Notes: generated by a model from the sequence alone, not told the origin. Positions 11,400 to 23,079 are shown, counted from the stretch's first letter. The stretch is 40,114 nucleotides of DNA from Octopus bimaculoides (GCF_001194135.2 NC_068982.1:134872269-134912382), one strand, 5' to 3'. Translations and numbers: made by a program.

Positions 11400-12750
11400 T
11401 CTGAGTGATGCGGCACTCGAAGGCGTTTTGGACTGACTTTATGCCTCACCTCCAATCCTACGTTTAACATAAGAGATTGACAGAATCTCATATCATCCTA
11501 ATATCATCCTAATCGTGATATAAAAGGTACGGATCTCTTCAGTGTCCAGTGCAGTATCCCAAATGTTGTTACTAATACTGCCGTTGCAAAACTTTATGTG
11601 ATCTCATTAACTGCATAAAACTTTGACTTGAAAACCTTTCGAAGTAGACTGAAATGTTCTTTCGTTACTCTAACTTAACTCGCAGCACCGACGTATGCAA
11701 TATTCTCATCGATTCCGAAATATTTGAAGCACTCATTATTAGAAATAGGGATATTTGATAGGTCATTGATATTCATTTTCCTCGCCTGGTTGACTATACA
11801 ACCAAATATGAACGCTCATCTTGACCAAACTCCATTTCTAAATGTCGCGACCAGTTATGTCCCTTGGTGTCGAGAATATAAATCTGAATATAGCTGAAGG
11901 TTTTTGCAGCACATAAATGTGTGGTTGACATCAATCTTTTTCTCTTCTCTAAATCCTAATATGTCACCTTGTCATTTTATAACAGGGATGACAGAGAATT
12001 ATTGTCAGGAAGAATAGCAACACAGACAAACTGTTACTCTGGAACATTCCAGTTGATAATCTCATTCTCTTTTTTCACTATAGTTTAGTTTTAGTTCTTC
12101 TTGGTAACTCTGTGGACCATGTTGTTTTCGTTTTCTTTTTAAAAAGAGTCGACTATAACAGATGGAAGCTCGGCAAAGCGTAGTGAATTTCTGGCATCCA
12201 AGAGTGGAGGGTTAAGTAAAACATTTTCGAACCGTACAATCAGTAAACTTCGGGAATGCCAGTACGCTTCTTTAAGAATAGCTTCGCTGATCAAGAGTTA
12301 CTCAGCGTGGTTTCAGCCTAGTTTCTTTTCTCCTGCTTGATCATCAATCACCATGTTTATTTTACTGTGAACTGGAAGAAATATATCTGCGGTTCATTCA
12401 TTCATTTAAGTATACCATCATAGTTTTTGGCCACGTATATCTCTTAGTTGTCCGTGCAAAGTTTGCTAGTGTTGCATATTGCATTCACTATCCATTGTTC
12501 TTTTCTATTAGCCGTTGAGAGCTTACCTACTATGTATATGTATGTATGTCTTTATGCATTGGGTTTTAGTACAATCTGCTTCTTGGTCAGGCCATTGGCG
12601 ACTAAACTGACAACCCTATCAAACTTGATTAGTAAGGAGGGTAGTTTTCATTGGATATCATGTTGGACGAAAAACAAAGCGGATCCCAAAACTGGGAGTG
12701 AGAGATTCCTTGTTCTTGTCAAGACATTTCTCTAGGAGAAAGAAAATTCT
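11400..12750 (-). mobile_element. decayed R4/Dong-clade (RLE-type) non-LTR retrotransposon, reverse transcriptase region
   Basis: Manual minus-strand translation across stops and frameshifts gives AKNY, QLLISEAILKE, SLRFAELP, GMFQSNSLSVLLF (cf. GIFQGDSLS), HLEMEFGQD (cf. IGMEFGLDKC), FKYFGIDE, RVTKE, FATAVLVTTFGILHWT and YVKRRIGG...AFECRI, in the order of R4-clade RT and thumb motifs. Confidence 0.75.
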
Positions 12751-12989
12751 GATGTAACACCTGATATTTCGTTTGCGTCCTATGATGTAGACTAGTTCTT
12801 TTTTGGGAGCAAATGCAAATGTTGTTTAGAAAGCAGAATTAACCTTGCGCAAGGCCTTTCTTCGCTTTAAAAAGCTTCAGACACATAAATCCTTTGATTT
12901 ATAACACCTCAATTAAGCGTTGCATACTTGGTTGACCATAGCCAAAAATAAAAAAAACACACACACACACACACAAGGAAAAGTCTATG

Positions 12990-13135
12990 ACGGAATGCAC
13001 AAATATGACAGCGTTGGTGATAACTCTCTGAACACCTGTTGCATGAGGCACCCATGGTTGCTACATCTGTGCAAAAGAGTGTAGGTTCCTAGCAGGACTA
13101 AAATGCCACGTCTATGCTGTTTTAAGACAAAAAAG
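12990..13135 (+). mobile_element. possible RTE-clade LINE C-terminal fragment
   Basis: The + frame gives CYICAKECRFLAGLKCHV, resembling the RTE C-terminal CxxCxRxCxSxIGLxSH motif. The match is short. Confidence 0.35.
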
Positions 13136-13790
13136 AAAAAAAAAATTAAGCCATGGTTTGAAATCGAGTTGCAGCCACCATGTATTTACGTAAGCATGTG
13201 TTTTGAGTATTCGAATGTGTATGCATATGTTTCATAACGGACTTCTCTTATTCAACAGTTTTTTTCCACAGCTTGTTAATAAATCAAACACATAATAAAC
13301 TTAAAGTAAATATAGCTTGAACTAAAGAACTGTTTCACTCATTGCATAATCGATCAATAGCCAGTAGAATTCTGGAAAGTCATTCATATTCTATACAGAT
13401 ACAACATCATAATTCAACGTCGACATATTAGAAAGGTTTTGTCAAATAAATTGTATACATCTCTGCTGAAAAAGTGCATTGATGTGTACAAGTAACATGG
13501 CTCTAAGAATTGGAACAGCTCTTTTATTTCTTTCTAAAAATAGGTTTTATATTCCACAGAACGTTATTTCTATCTCCATTCGTCACAGACCGATGGGTTG
13601 GAAATATTCAGAGTGCTATACATGTTTCGTTTTGTACAAATACTACATCCGTTGACACCGAAATATATACACGTATAATCTAGTATAATATAATACAATG
13701 TAATATATTTTACACACACACATACCTACACCCCACACACATCTTTGTGTGTAGTTACCTGTATGCAGGCAATATATATATATATATGTA

Positions 13791-13794
<4 letters not shown>

Positions 13795-13855
<61 letters not shown>
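13795..13855. repeat. (TG)n microsatellite
   Basis: Seen directly. Confidence 0.95.
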
Positions 13856-13857
<2 letters not shown>

Positions 13858-14112
13858 ATATACACATACACATACATAAATATTTAAGTTATGATACGGC
13901 ATGCATGTTTCCTGTGATTTTATTCAATGTGTGATACAAAATTTTTAATTATTTTCTGATCCACGAACATTAGTTTCGTACTTTAGATTCCAAACCTGAT
14001 GTCCAATTTAATTAGTACCACCATTACAGTAAAGACGGCTATATTGTAAACTGAATCTTAAATCTGATTTCACCTACAGTTGTACACCAGAGCGCAATGA
14101 TGAGCTCATTAA

Positions 14113-14334
14113 CCCTTTTGATACCAACCTGGTCAAGACCACTTCTGGTTCTATGATACAAACTTCAGGTTTTAAAGTGAAGTAAACTAAAAATTTCCAT
14201 GGAAATTCTATGTTAATTTATGTTCCAAACACCAGCTTAGTAAAGACAAAACTTTTTAACTATATTGTTCATTATTTTTAAATCTAATTACAACAAAGTC
14301 AGAATATCTCAACAGAAATATGGTAACTAAAGGG
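14113..14334. mobile_element. non-autonomous piggyBac-like MITE
   Basis: TTAA|CCCTTTTGATACCA ... TGGTAACTAAAGGG|CTAA: 14-bp imperfect TIRs with CCC/GGG ends and a TTAA TSD (right copy mutated). Confidence 0.75.
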
Positions 14335-14519
14335 CTAAGCATCAACTTCCTTCCTTTGCAGACCTGATGCCACCAACTTTTGTAACATATCAATAATTAT
14401 TTTAATTATTGTTATCGCGTAAGAATTAATGTTGTAATGAGTCAAGCCCTTAACTAACCAGTGATTTTTGTTTGAAGCTATTCCATTTCATCCATGCTAG
14501 CTGTGTATTCCAGAATGTA

Positions 14520-14748
14520 TTGGGTTGTCCGGAAAGTTCGTGCCGATTTTCCAAGGAAAGAAAAATGTCAATAAATACTTGCCATTACAATTTTTAATCA
14601 ACCAAATATGAACCATTTTATTGCACAATCCGTCTCCATCTTTCCTTTAACTTGAAAATACCCTCTTCCCAGAATTGAGGTGGTTTCATGGCAAATAAGT
14701 GGAAAGGTAAGCTACTATAAATCGGCACGAACTTTCCGGACAACCCTA
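14520..14748 (-). mobile_element. internally deleted mariner element
   Basis: 30-bp TIRs TTGGGTTGTCCGGAAAGTTCGTGCCGATTT / AAATCGGCACGAACTTTCCGGACAACCCTA with a TA TSD on both sides. The minus strand encodes a mariner transposase C-terminus, FAMKPPQFWEEGIFKLKERWRRIVQ*NGSYLVD*. Confidence 0.9.
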
Positions 14749-15010
14749 TATTAATGCCATGATTTCCATTCTACTCGGCATAAACATGTGTACTTTGTTT
14801 AGTAAAAAACGAATGGCACTAAGTGGATTGTTTCTTTTACTTTTTGTTGAAACATTTTATGCAGAGGAGAGATCGTGGTGACAGATTCTTTGCTTTACTT
14901 TGTTTTCTGCCTCCTAAGACTGGCTATCCAACTGCCTGTTGAGAAGGCGTTAGTAATATATATGATGGACTCTCCAATCATTAGATAACGTATGAGGGTT
15001 CGATAATTTC

Positions 15011-15266
15011 TTACCGAACAACCACACAGATAATTTGTTTATAGGGATCGAATGTTTTGTGTAGACATGAGCTCACTCTCTCCGTCAGATCAACATTACC
15101 TGTACAGGTGCAACAGGTGCCACATATCAGATGACGAAATGATCGCAGAGCGACGTGAAATGAAGTGCTTTGTTCAAGAACACAACGCAACACCCGGTCT
15201 GGGAATCGAACCCACGATCTCGCAATCCTGAGTGCAACACTTTAACCACTAAGCCACACGCCTTCA
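15011..15266 (-). mobile_element. SINE family C, tail type 2
   Basis: Reverse complement GGCGTGTGGCTTAGTGGTTAAAGTG...GGGTTCGATTCCCAGACCGGGTGTTGCGTTGTGTTCTTGAACAAAGCACTTCATTTCACG, followed by a tail unlike those of the other copies. Confidence 0.8.
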
Positions 15267-15399
15267 TGTATATATATATATATATATATNNNNNNNNNNN
15301 NNNNNNNNNNNNNNNNNNNNNNNNNNNNNNNNNNNNNNNNNNNNNNNNNNNNNNNNNNNNNNNNNNNNNNNNNNNNNNNNNNNNNATATATATTCGCGT

Positions 15400-15768
15400 A
15401 GACACCTTGTAGCATGGGTTTAAAGCCCGTTCACCTTATTCGGCTATCCGATGTCTTAGAAACTTCTGAACCACTCTTACACTTGTGTGAGGGTGATACA
15501 TTCCTCTCCACACACTTTCTGGACCTTTGCGTATGCCTCTCAGCAGGTATCGCCATGACAACTTTCTCTGTAATGGTCAATGCGACGATCACACGCTACA
15601 CACCTTCCTTCCAAGCACTGCTGCAAACGTCGGAATTATGCTCAAAAGTTAAAACTTACTGCACATGCACAACAGATATCGAGGTCAATCTTTGTCTACC
15701 AGTTTCACGCTGCATGCTTTAGCTTTGTTACTATGGCGATACTCCGGATACTTATTGATCAGACCTCA
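15400..15768 (-). mobile_element. mariner element 5' part (TIR + decayed transposase N-terminus)
   Basis: Terminus TA|TGAGGTCTGATCAATAAGTATCCGGA (TA at 15769-70). The minus strand reads EAYAKVQKVCGEECITLTQV*EWFRSF, a mariner HTH region. Confidence 0.75.
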
Positions 15769-15789
15769 TATTAAGACAAATATTTCAAT

Positions 15790-16293
15790 TGTGAAATATC
15801 ATTAGGAGAAGGTATTTCCTTCTTGTCGATGTAACAGTTCCAAAGGGTGATAATATTTTCTAACAGAAGCAAAGAATCTATTCAAATATCAAGACCTTTA
15901 CAATAACCAGAATGAAACTTAACAATAACCAAATTGAAAACAGAAACAATCTCCATGATACTAGGTGCATCGGGAATAATGAAAAGGCAACAAGGAAATA
16001 TATTAATACAACGATGTGGACAAATGCATAATCAAAACACCAGGATTTACATACACTCAGCATACAGAAAATAAACCGGTTAGAAACTGCTCACATATTA
16101 CCTGGAGTAGTTTCAATATTATAGAAATTCACAAAACAAAACATAATTACTGCACGTAAGCAAGATACACAGAAGTAAGGACGATTGCATAATAAAAACA
16201 CGCATAAACAATAAGATTTCTATTGCAAGGACAGCTAAAATAACAACAGTAACAACGAAAATAACAACAACAACAGCAACAACAACAATAATA
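15790..16293 (+). mobile_element. decayed R4/Dong-clade LINE 3' end (RLE endonuclease + 3'UTR + (AAC/AAT)n)
   Basis: FLLVDVTVPKGDN, KTETISMILGASGIMK and DKCIIKTPG are collinear with the intact copy at 17470-17925. Confidence 0.7.
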
Positions 16294-16564
16294 TTTTTCT
16301 CCATTTGCCACAAAATCCCCGAAAACATATATTGCAGTAGAAAGGATAGGGTATAACATTGTCAATATGGAGATTTACATAGAAAGTGTGTAACCAGAAA
16401 CAACAAATATTTTTGTTAAATTCAAGGTTGACCAAGCTTTACACACACCAGCAAATGCTCCGTACGCTGATTTAATAAACTTAATTTCGTTCTAATTTGG
16501 GTTGTGACTGGCAGATTTTGTTTTTGCTGGTTGCGAAGCGGATCGACAGAGAAACGCTAGCGTC

Positions 16565-16760
16565 CTTGTGAAGTACATGGAACAAATAAGAGCTGCAATA
16601 AGGGTGGAACACTTGCAGAAAACAGCACTGCCTGGAACCGCTCGAATACTCCGGAAGCTGCTCGAAAAATAAGAGGTGTTACCTTAGTTCACTGGTAGTG
16701 AACAGCTTACACTGTAGTACATCTCCAGCGTTAGAAGCTGTGCAAAGGAAATAAATAATA
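16565..16760 (+). mobile_element. R4/Dong-clade LINE extreme 3' end, second family
   Basis: KYMEQIRAAIRVEHLQKTALPGTARILRKLLEK* (stop 16670-72) matches the RLE C-terminal QKxALLGTAxILRKxL motif. The UTR differs from copy 3 and runs into (AAT)n. Confidence 0.7.
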
Positions 16761-16816
16761 ACGATAATAATAATAATAATAATAATAATAGTAATATTAA
16801 TAATAATCATAATAAC

Positions 16817-17034
16817 AATCCTTCCTACTGTAGGCACAAAGCCTGAAATTTGGGGAAAGAGATTAAGTGGATTACACCGACCCTAATGCGTTACTGGTAC
16901 TTATTTAATCGAACCCGAAAGGATGAAAAGCTAAGTCGACCTCGCCGGAATTTGAACTCAGAACGTAAAGACGGACGAAATGCCGCTAAGCATTTTGCTC
17001 GGCACGCTAAACATTTCTGCCTACTCATCGCCTT
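16817..17034 (-). mobile_element. SINE family B, right-type monomer with (ATT)n tail
   Basis: Reverse complement AAGGCGATGAGTAGGCAGAAATG...GAGTTCAAATTCCGGCGAGGTCGAC...TTTCAGGCTTTGTGCCTACAGTAGGAAGGATTGTTATT. Confidence 0.85.
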
Positions 17035-17065
17035 AATAATAATAATAATAATAATAATAACAATC

Positions 17066-17467
<402 letters not shown>

Positions 17468-17470
<3 letters not shown>

Positions 17471-18046
17471 GGAAGCTATGCCAACATTATGGAATAGCAA
17501 CAGAAAAAAGATGGTATAAACACACGCCAGAAAAGGTCACAGAAAACGAGAAAGCAACCATACTCTGGGATATGCCAATACACACAGATAGAGAAATTAA
17601 GGCAAATAGACCAGATATAGTTGTCAAAGATCATGAAGGAAAAAAATGCCTTCTAATTGATGTTTCAATACCAGCAGATGACAACGTTTCTCTAAAAGAA
17701 ATGGAAAAACTTTCAAAATACAAAGACCTGGAAATAGAGATAACTCGAATGTGGAATCTAAAAACAGAAACAATTCCTATCATAGTAGGTGCCTTAGGTA
17801 TAATAAAAAAATATTCAGACAAATACATAACAAAAACACCAGGACTTACAAATATATATAACATACAGAAAATTGCACTACTGGGTACTGCACACATTCT
17901 ACGCAAAACACTTTCAATACAGTAAACATAAGAGCACCACAGCAAACCACAGCACATACCCAAGGCGCACAGAGCTGCGCTCGGTAGTGAAGTGAAAGTA
18001 CGTTATAAAAATAAAACTACTGAATAATAATAATAATAATAATAAT
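17468..18046 (+). mobile_element. 5'-truncated R4/Dong-clade LINE, uninterrupted restriction-like endonuclease domain
   Basis: Open frame 17470-17925: WKLCQHYG...LWDMPIHTDREIKANRPDIVVKD...LIDVSIP...KLSKYKDL...IIVGALG...IQKIALLGTAHILRKTL*, with the RPD-D-P-K-KY RLE motif. About 100 bp of 3'UTR and an (AAT)n tail follow; (AAT)n also precedes the 5' junction. Confidence 0.9.
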
Positions 18047-18353
18047 CGACTCTACCGGCTCGCAGCCTTAATAATAATGATAATAATGATGATGATGATG
18101 ATGATGTTCTCTCCTGTCGATTTCGACTTATGAGTCTTTGAAGGGAAGGATTTAAAAGAAAAAAGAAAATGGTTAAAAGTAGAAGCTGCCTCTATTTGCG
18201 ATGCGTGAATGTAATTTGAATCCAGGTATGGATTTTGCTATGAAGTCCACAAGAGGGGACAATGATGATTTTGTTTCTCTTTGGAGTTTTATATTGATTC
18301 TGAAAAGTTATTTGACGCTAATTTTTTCTTCCATTTCTCTTCATTCTCTCAAG

Positions 18354-18545
18354 GTAAATATGGTTCCACTGCAAATATTTGGAGTAGTGTTTGGCGTTAT
18401 TGGAGCTTTTCTAGTCGTTGCCATATTTTTGCTGTGTCGTGCAGTCCGGCGGAAGAAAGGAGATTTACTAAGTCCATCTTACCGAGCTATAGGAGATTAC
18501 AACCCAGCTATGACCTCGCTATCCATCTCTTCTGGATCAAATCAG
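18354..18545 (+). CDS. host-gene exon encoding a single-pass membrane segment: (VN)MVPLQIFGVVFGVIGAFLVVAIFLLCRAVRRKKGDLLSPSYRAIGDYNPAMTSLSISSGSNQ
   Basis: Polypyrimidine tract + AAG acceptor (AG 18352-53), donor CAG|GTAAGA, 192 nt, phase 0/0, ATG at 18360. A hydrophobic stretch of about 22 aa is followed by Cys and RRKK (positive-inside rule). The gene is not identified. Confidence 0.65.
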
Positions 18546-18582
18546 GTAAGAGGCGTGTATATTTTATCTTTTACAACACACG

Positions 18583-18622
<40 letters not shown>

Positions 18623-18889
18623 TATACACTGATATATATGCGTGTATATATATGTGTGTATATATATGTATGTGTGTATATATGTATACGTATATATNNN
18701 NNNNNNNNNNNNNNNNNNNNNNNNNNNNNNNNNNNNNNNNNNNNNNNNNNNNNNNNNNNNNNNNNNNNNNNNNNNNNNNNNNNNNNNNNNNNNNNNNNNN
18801 NATATGTGTGTGTATATACATATGTGTATATATATATGTGTGTGTATATATATATGTATATGTGTATATATGTGTGGATGTATATATAT

Positions 18890-19085
18890 ATGGGAGAATT
18901 TACGAAAAAAAATACAACAGACAAAGACAGATGGTGTAAATAACAAATGGATGTATTAGTTTAACGCTCGGGAATAGAGAAAGTCTTTGACGTTTCGAGC
19001 CTACGTTCTTCAACTGAAAGGAACACAGAAAGAAATAAGGAGAGAAACAAAGAGAAAAAAAATATAAATGTAGTGGTCAGCGATC
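18890..19085 (-). ncRNA. about 200-bp dispersed repeat with hammerhead-like motif (family H2, copy 1)
   Basis: Reverse complement CCTTT-CAGTTGA-A-GAAC-GTAG-GCTC-GAAA-C-GTC-AAAGA. Collinear with 27850-28040. Confidence 0.55.
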
Positions 19086-19182
19086 TATCATGGCGATATA
19101 TATTTGTAAGTAATATATATATATGCATGTAAGTATGTATGTATATAAGGAAAAATAAGAAAATGGAGATAAAACTGACAAT

Positions 19183-20030
19183 TGATAAGCATAATCCAGG
19201 CGCCTGAGGACGAATGTCGTCCTGAGGACCATCATGGTTTCCTTCTCTCTGGTTCTGAAGGTTTTCAGTATCCATCCAGCCAGTCGTCTGCACTTTGTCA
19301 CCATCCTGGTAATGTGCGCTTGGAAAGAGGTATTATCACTCAAATCGATACCCAGGTCCCGCACTGATTTAGGCTCTGCGATTGTAATCCCCCGTGGGCT
19401 AGTGTACCCTGTAAGCTTTATATTCAGTTTTGGGCGCTTCCAAGCCCGCAAGGCTTGGAATTTTCCAGCATTAAACTGCATATTATTGTTCTCAGGCCAT
19501 CTGTAAATTGAGTCCAACTCCTGCGGCAGGTGTGCAACATCGCTGGGGTTCTATATTTTCTGTGAGACTTTCGTATCGTCTGTGTAGCTAGCAAGGGTGG
19601 CTATCCGGGAATCTGAGGGCATATCTAAGAGAGCCACTATGAAAAGCACTGGTCCTAAAACAGTGCCCTGTGGAACACCATTCACTATTTGTGTTTTCTT
19701 TGAGGTGGCTCCATTGGCCCCTACTGCTTGACTTCTATCATTCAGAAAGTCATGTAAGCATTCTCCAAGTTTTCCAGCTATGCTGAGAACATGCAGTTTG
19801 TGGCATATCATACCATGATCCACTTTATCAAAAGTTTTTGCAAAGTTAAGGTATATTACGTCCACATTTTGAGTTATTGAGTAATTGCCTCAACACCCAG
19901 TCACAGTGCTGTAAGAGCTGGGTCAGGCAGCTCCTATCTGGTCGAAAGCCATGCTGAGTATCACTCAGCGATATATTGTATATAAAGGATTTAGAACATT
20001 ACATCGAAAACCAGCTGGCGGAGAATCTGC
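19183..20030 (-). mobile_element. CR1-group LINE reverse transcriptase fragment (pseudogenised)
   Basis: QHGFRPDRSCLTQLL, DVIYLNFAKTFDKVDH, GVPQGTVLGPVLF, YTDDTK, NNMQFNAGKFQ, VRDLGIDLS and RLDYA, with frameshifts. Confidence 0.9.
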
Positions 20031-20094
20031 CTGGGGTTAAACTAGTAGTAACGTTCAACTGCCACTTTTATGTGGAAATTTGCTTTACTGTTCA

Positions 20095-20213
20095 GTATAC
20101 GCCACTACTCTATCTCCCCATGAGATTCTATAGCTAGCTAGTTTGGGTTGCTTGAATATTAAGTATTTATGGAATTTGTATTTACTGTCGAGTGACCTTT
20201 GACCAACCCTGTA
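20095..20213 (-). mobile_element. possible Tc1/mariner terminus
   Basis: Reverse complement TA|CAGGGTTGGTCAAAGGTCACTCGACAGT resembles a Tc1/mariner TIR. No partner end was found. Confidence 0.35.
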
Positions 20214-20267
20214 TATACATGCACACACACAAACACATACATACATACATACATACATACACACATA

Positions 20268-20498
20268 CATAAGACGGTGATCTGGCAGAATCGTTAGCAT
20301 GCCGGGCATAATTCGTGCGTCTTCATGTTCTTAGTTTCAATTCCACCGAGGTGCACAACGGCTTTCATTCTTTCAGGGTCGATAAATTAAGTATCAGTGA
20401 AACACTGGAGTCAATCTAATCGACTAGTCTCTTTTCCCAAAATTTCAGGCCTTGTGCTTTTAGTAGAAAGGATTATTATTATTATTATTATTATTATT
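20268..20498 (+). mobile_element. SINE family B, right-type monomer with (ATT)n tail
   Basis: AAGACGGTGATCTGGCAGAATCGTTAGCATG...AAATTTCAGGCCTTGTGCTTTTAGTAGAAAGGATTATTATT. Confidence 0.85.
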
Positions 20499-20879
20499 TA
20501 AAACAGTTCGATCCGACACCAGCTGACTTAGTTTCCTAGGCTTCTTACTAAAGTCTAGCTTGTCGGACTCAGTTATCCGACTCTGTTCGTCTGTCTACCT
20601 ATATGTCTGTGTCCTTTTTGTTTTTAACTCTCTTACTCTTTTGCTGATTTCAGTCATTGTGTCCCGGCGATTAAATTTCTTTAATCGATCAGATCAACCC
20701 AGTAATTCTTTTAATTCCGATAGTTATGTTATCGATCTGGTTTTGTTCACCTGCTAAGGTACGTCGACGTCATCAAATCAATATTCTTTGACAAGCTACG
20801 ACGAGACAAATATGCGCACTAGGATACACACACTCACATACATACGCAAATGTACACACATGCACGCGCACACACTTAT

Positions 20880-20931
<52 letters not shown>

Positions 20932-21645
20932 NNNNNNNNNNNNNNNNNNNNNNNNNNNNNNNNNNNNNNNNNNNNNNNNNNNNNNNNNNNNNNNNNNNNN
21001 NNNNNNNNNNNNNNNNNNNNNNNNNNNNNNNNNNNNNNNNNNNNNNNNNNNNNNNNNNNNNNNNNNNNNNNNNNNNNNNNNNNNNNNNNNNNNNNNNNNN
21101 NNNNNNNNNNNNNNNNNNNNNNNNNNNNNNNNNNNNNNNNNNNNNNNNNNNNNNNNNNNNNNNNNNNNNNNNNNNNNNNNNNNNNNNNNNNNNNNNNNNN
21201 NNNNNNNNNNNNNNNNNNNNNNNNNNNNNNNNNNNNNNNNNNNNNNNNNNNNNNNNNTATATATATATATATATATATATCCGATGCTTTACTAGAAGAC
21301 ACTTAAGACATTTGTCGAGAGTACTTCGCCGTGAGATTTAACTCAAAACCACGTGGTTTGCAAAGAGGTCTTCTTAAACTTGGCGGTATTTGTTCAAAAT
21401 GCCCGTGCTCCGAGTTCAGGTCCCAATCGAATTTTTGTCTTTCATCATCTCGCGGTCAATATATAAGAGCCAATCTTGGTCAGTGGAATTGCAGAATTAT
21501 TAGAGGATCGTGCCGAATACCTGTGGGTCGGCTCTTTGTGTTTCGCCAGCAACACTTGCGACTATACAGGCATGATGCTGCATCGGCCCAAATGGGTGGG
21601 CTTTTTCTTGGATAACATCATAACCGCCACCACCACCACCGTTGA

Positions 21646-21742
21646 ATTCTTCTTCTTCTTCTTCTTCTTCTTCTTCTTCTTCTTCTTCTTCTTCTTCTTC
21701 TTCTTCTTCTTCTTCTTCTTCTTCTTCTTCTTCTTCTTCTTC
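21646..21742. repeat. (TTC)n microsatellite
   Basis: Seen directly. Confidence 0.95.
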
Positions 21743-22163
21743 TCACCGTTACCGCACCATATTCTCTTCCTCCTCTCCTCATGCTAACTTTTGGGGAAGC
21801 AGCTTAGAAACAAATTTGAAGCGATGAGTGTGTGATATTCTGGATGGGACGTCTTCCAATAATGAAGCCGTGCACACGTTTTGAGGCAGTGGAAGGTTGT
21901 GTAGTTGTAAGTTAAAAAGATTAAAACAAGATGAAAGAACGTATCTTTGTTTCATTTCGTTTTGGAAGTAACAAATTTTAAACGTGATATTGTTGTTGTT
22001 GTTTAGACTTGCTGACCTAAGAGGTATTTTTTGCTTACCAGTGTTTTGTACTGTTGTTGGTGTTGTTGGTCCAAATCACCGATTGATCGAAGAGGTTTTA
22101 ACTTCACCGTTTTTTAAAGGATGTCCCTAGGACTACATTATATTGTTTCCTGCCGTATTTAAG

Positions 22164-22256
22164 ATGGCTGCGTTCGATTTGATGGAGATTTCACCTGGAA
22201 CTCTACCACACCAAAAACACCCGCAGGGATTCCTTCGTAAGATAGGGAGGCCCCAG
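22164..22256 (+). CDS. candidate exon MAAFDLMEISPGTLPHQKHPQGFLRKIGRPQ
   Basis: Starts at AAGATGGCTGCG (YY1/Kozak-like ATG, or a weak AG acceptor), 93 nt open frame, strong donor CAG|GTAAGC. No homology recognised. Confidence 0.3.
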
Positions 22257-22579
22257 GTAAGCTTAGCAAGAGTTAAATTTTACTTAGCAGGTGAGAAGAC
22301 AGAACTCTGGACGTGCGTGCGTGTATGTATGTATGTATGTATGTATGTATGTATGTATGTATGTACTTCACCGCTTTCCGAAATAAGCAATAATCGTACA
22401 CTCCATTTCAATGCGTTGAGGAAGCTATAGGCTGTTGCGTAAGCACTCGGCTATGAAAGTATTGCCACTTATAGAAGAAACAATGGTAAGTTAATGAATG
22501 GGATTACATAACTCCCATTCTTTTGTTAAACGTAAATTTGTATTAAACCCGTGTCCTGAAAGTCGAAGAAATCGACCTC

Positions 22580-22828
22580 AGGACTTATTGTTTGTAAGCC
22601 TAGTATTTATTCTATCGACTCTTTTGCTGAACCGCTAAATTACCGGGATGTAAACACACCAACATCGGTTGTCAAGAGATGGTGGTGGTGGTGATGGGAC
22701 AGACATAGACACAAAAACACACATATAAGCTTCTTTCAGTTTCCGTCTACCAAATCCACGTACAAAGCTTTGGTCGACTCGAGGCTTTAGCAGAAGACAC
22801 TTACCCAAGGTTCCACGAACGCAGTGAC
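22580..22828 (-). mobile_element. SINE family A, internal fragment
   Basis: Reverse complement of GGAACCTTGGGTAAGTGTCTTCTGCT...GGATTTGGTAGACGGAAACTGAAAGAAGC...GTGTGTTTACATCCCGGTAATTTAGCGGTTCAGCAAAAGAG. Confidence 0.8.
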
Positions 22829-23042
22829 ATATACGTAATTTTATTTTTCGAGTGAAGTGGAAGTAAGAAATAATAACAATGTGATATTCAATGCAGGAGA
22901 GCTCTCAAAGGGAAATAAGGCAGAATAGTAATGATTGTGTGTATATACTAACTAGTTGTTGTGCATGTCTGGATGTATGTATATCTGTTTTTAAAAGTGT
23001 GTGTTTATGTAGGCAGGTGTGTGTGCGCGTACATGTTTGGTG

Positions 23043-23079
<37 letters not shown>

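Noticed and set aside
15540-15770. Initial reading as the zinc-knuckle/RPD region of the adjacent R4 fragment
   Set aside because: The opposite strand gives a clear mariner TIR and transposase N-terminus, which explains the sequence better.
18201-18353. N-terminal extension of the 143-aa ORF (MRECNL...)
   Set aside because: It lies upstream of a polypyrimidine tract and AG acceptor, so it is most likely intronic. The ORF tail beyond 18545 also runs through a donor into (TA)n.
20654-20758. Exon-like segment with good acceptor (TTTCAG) and donor (AAG|GTACGT)
   Set aside because: It has stops in all three frames. It could be a UTR exon, but the sequence alone cannot support that.
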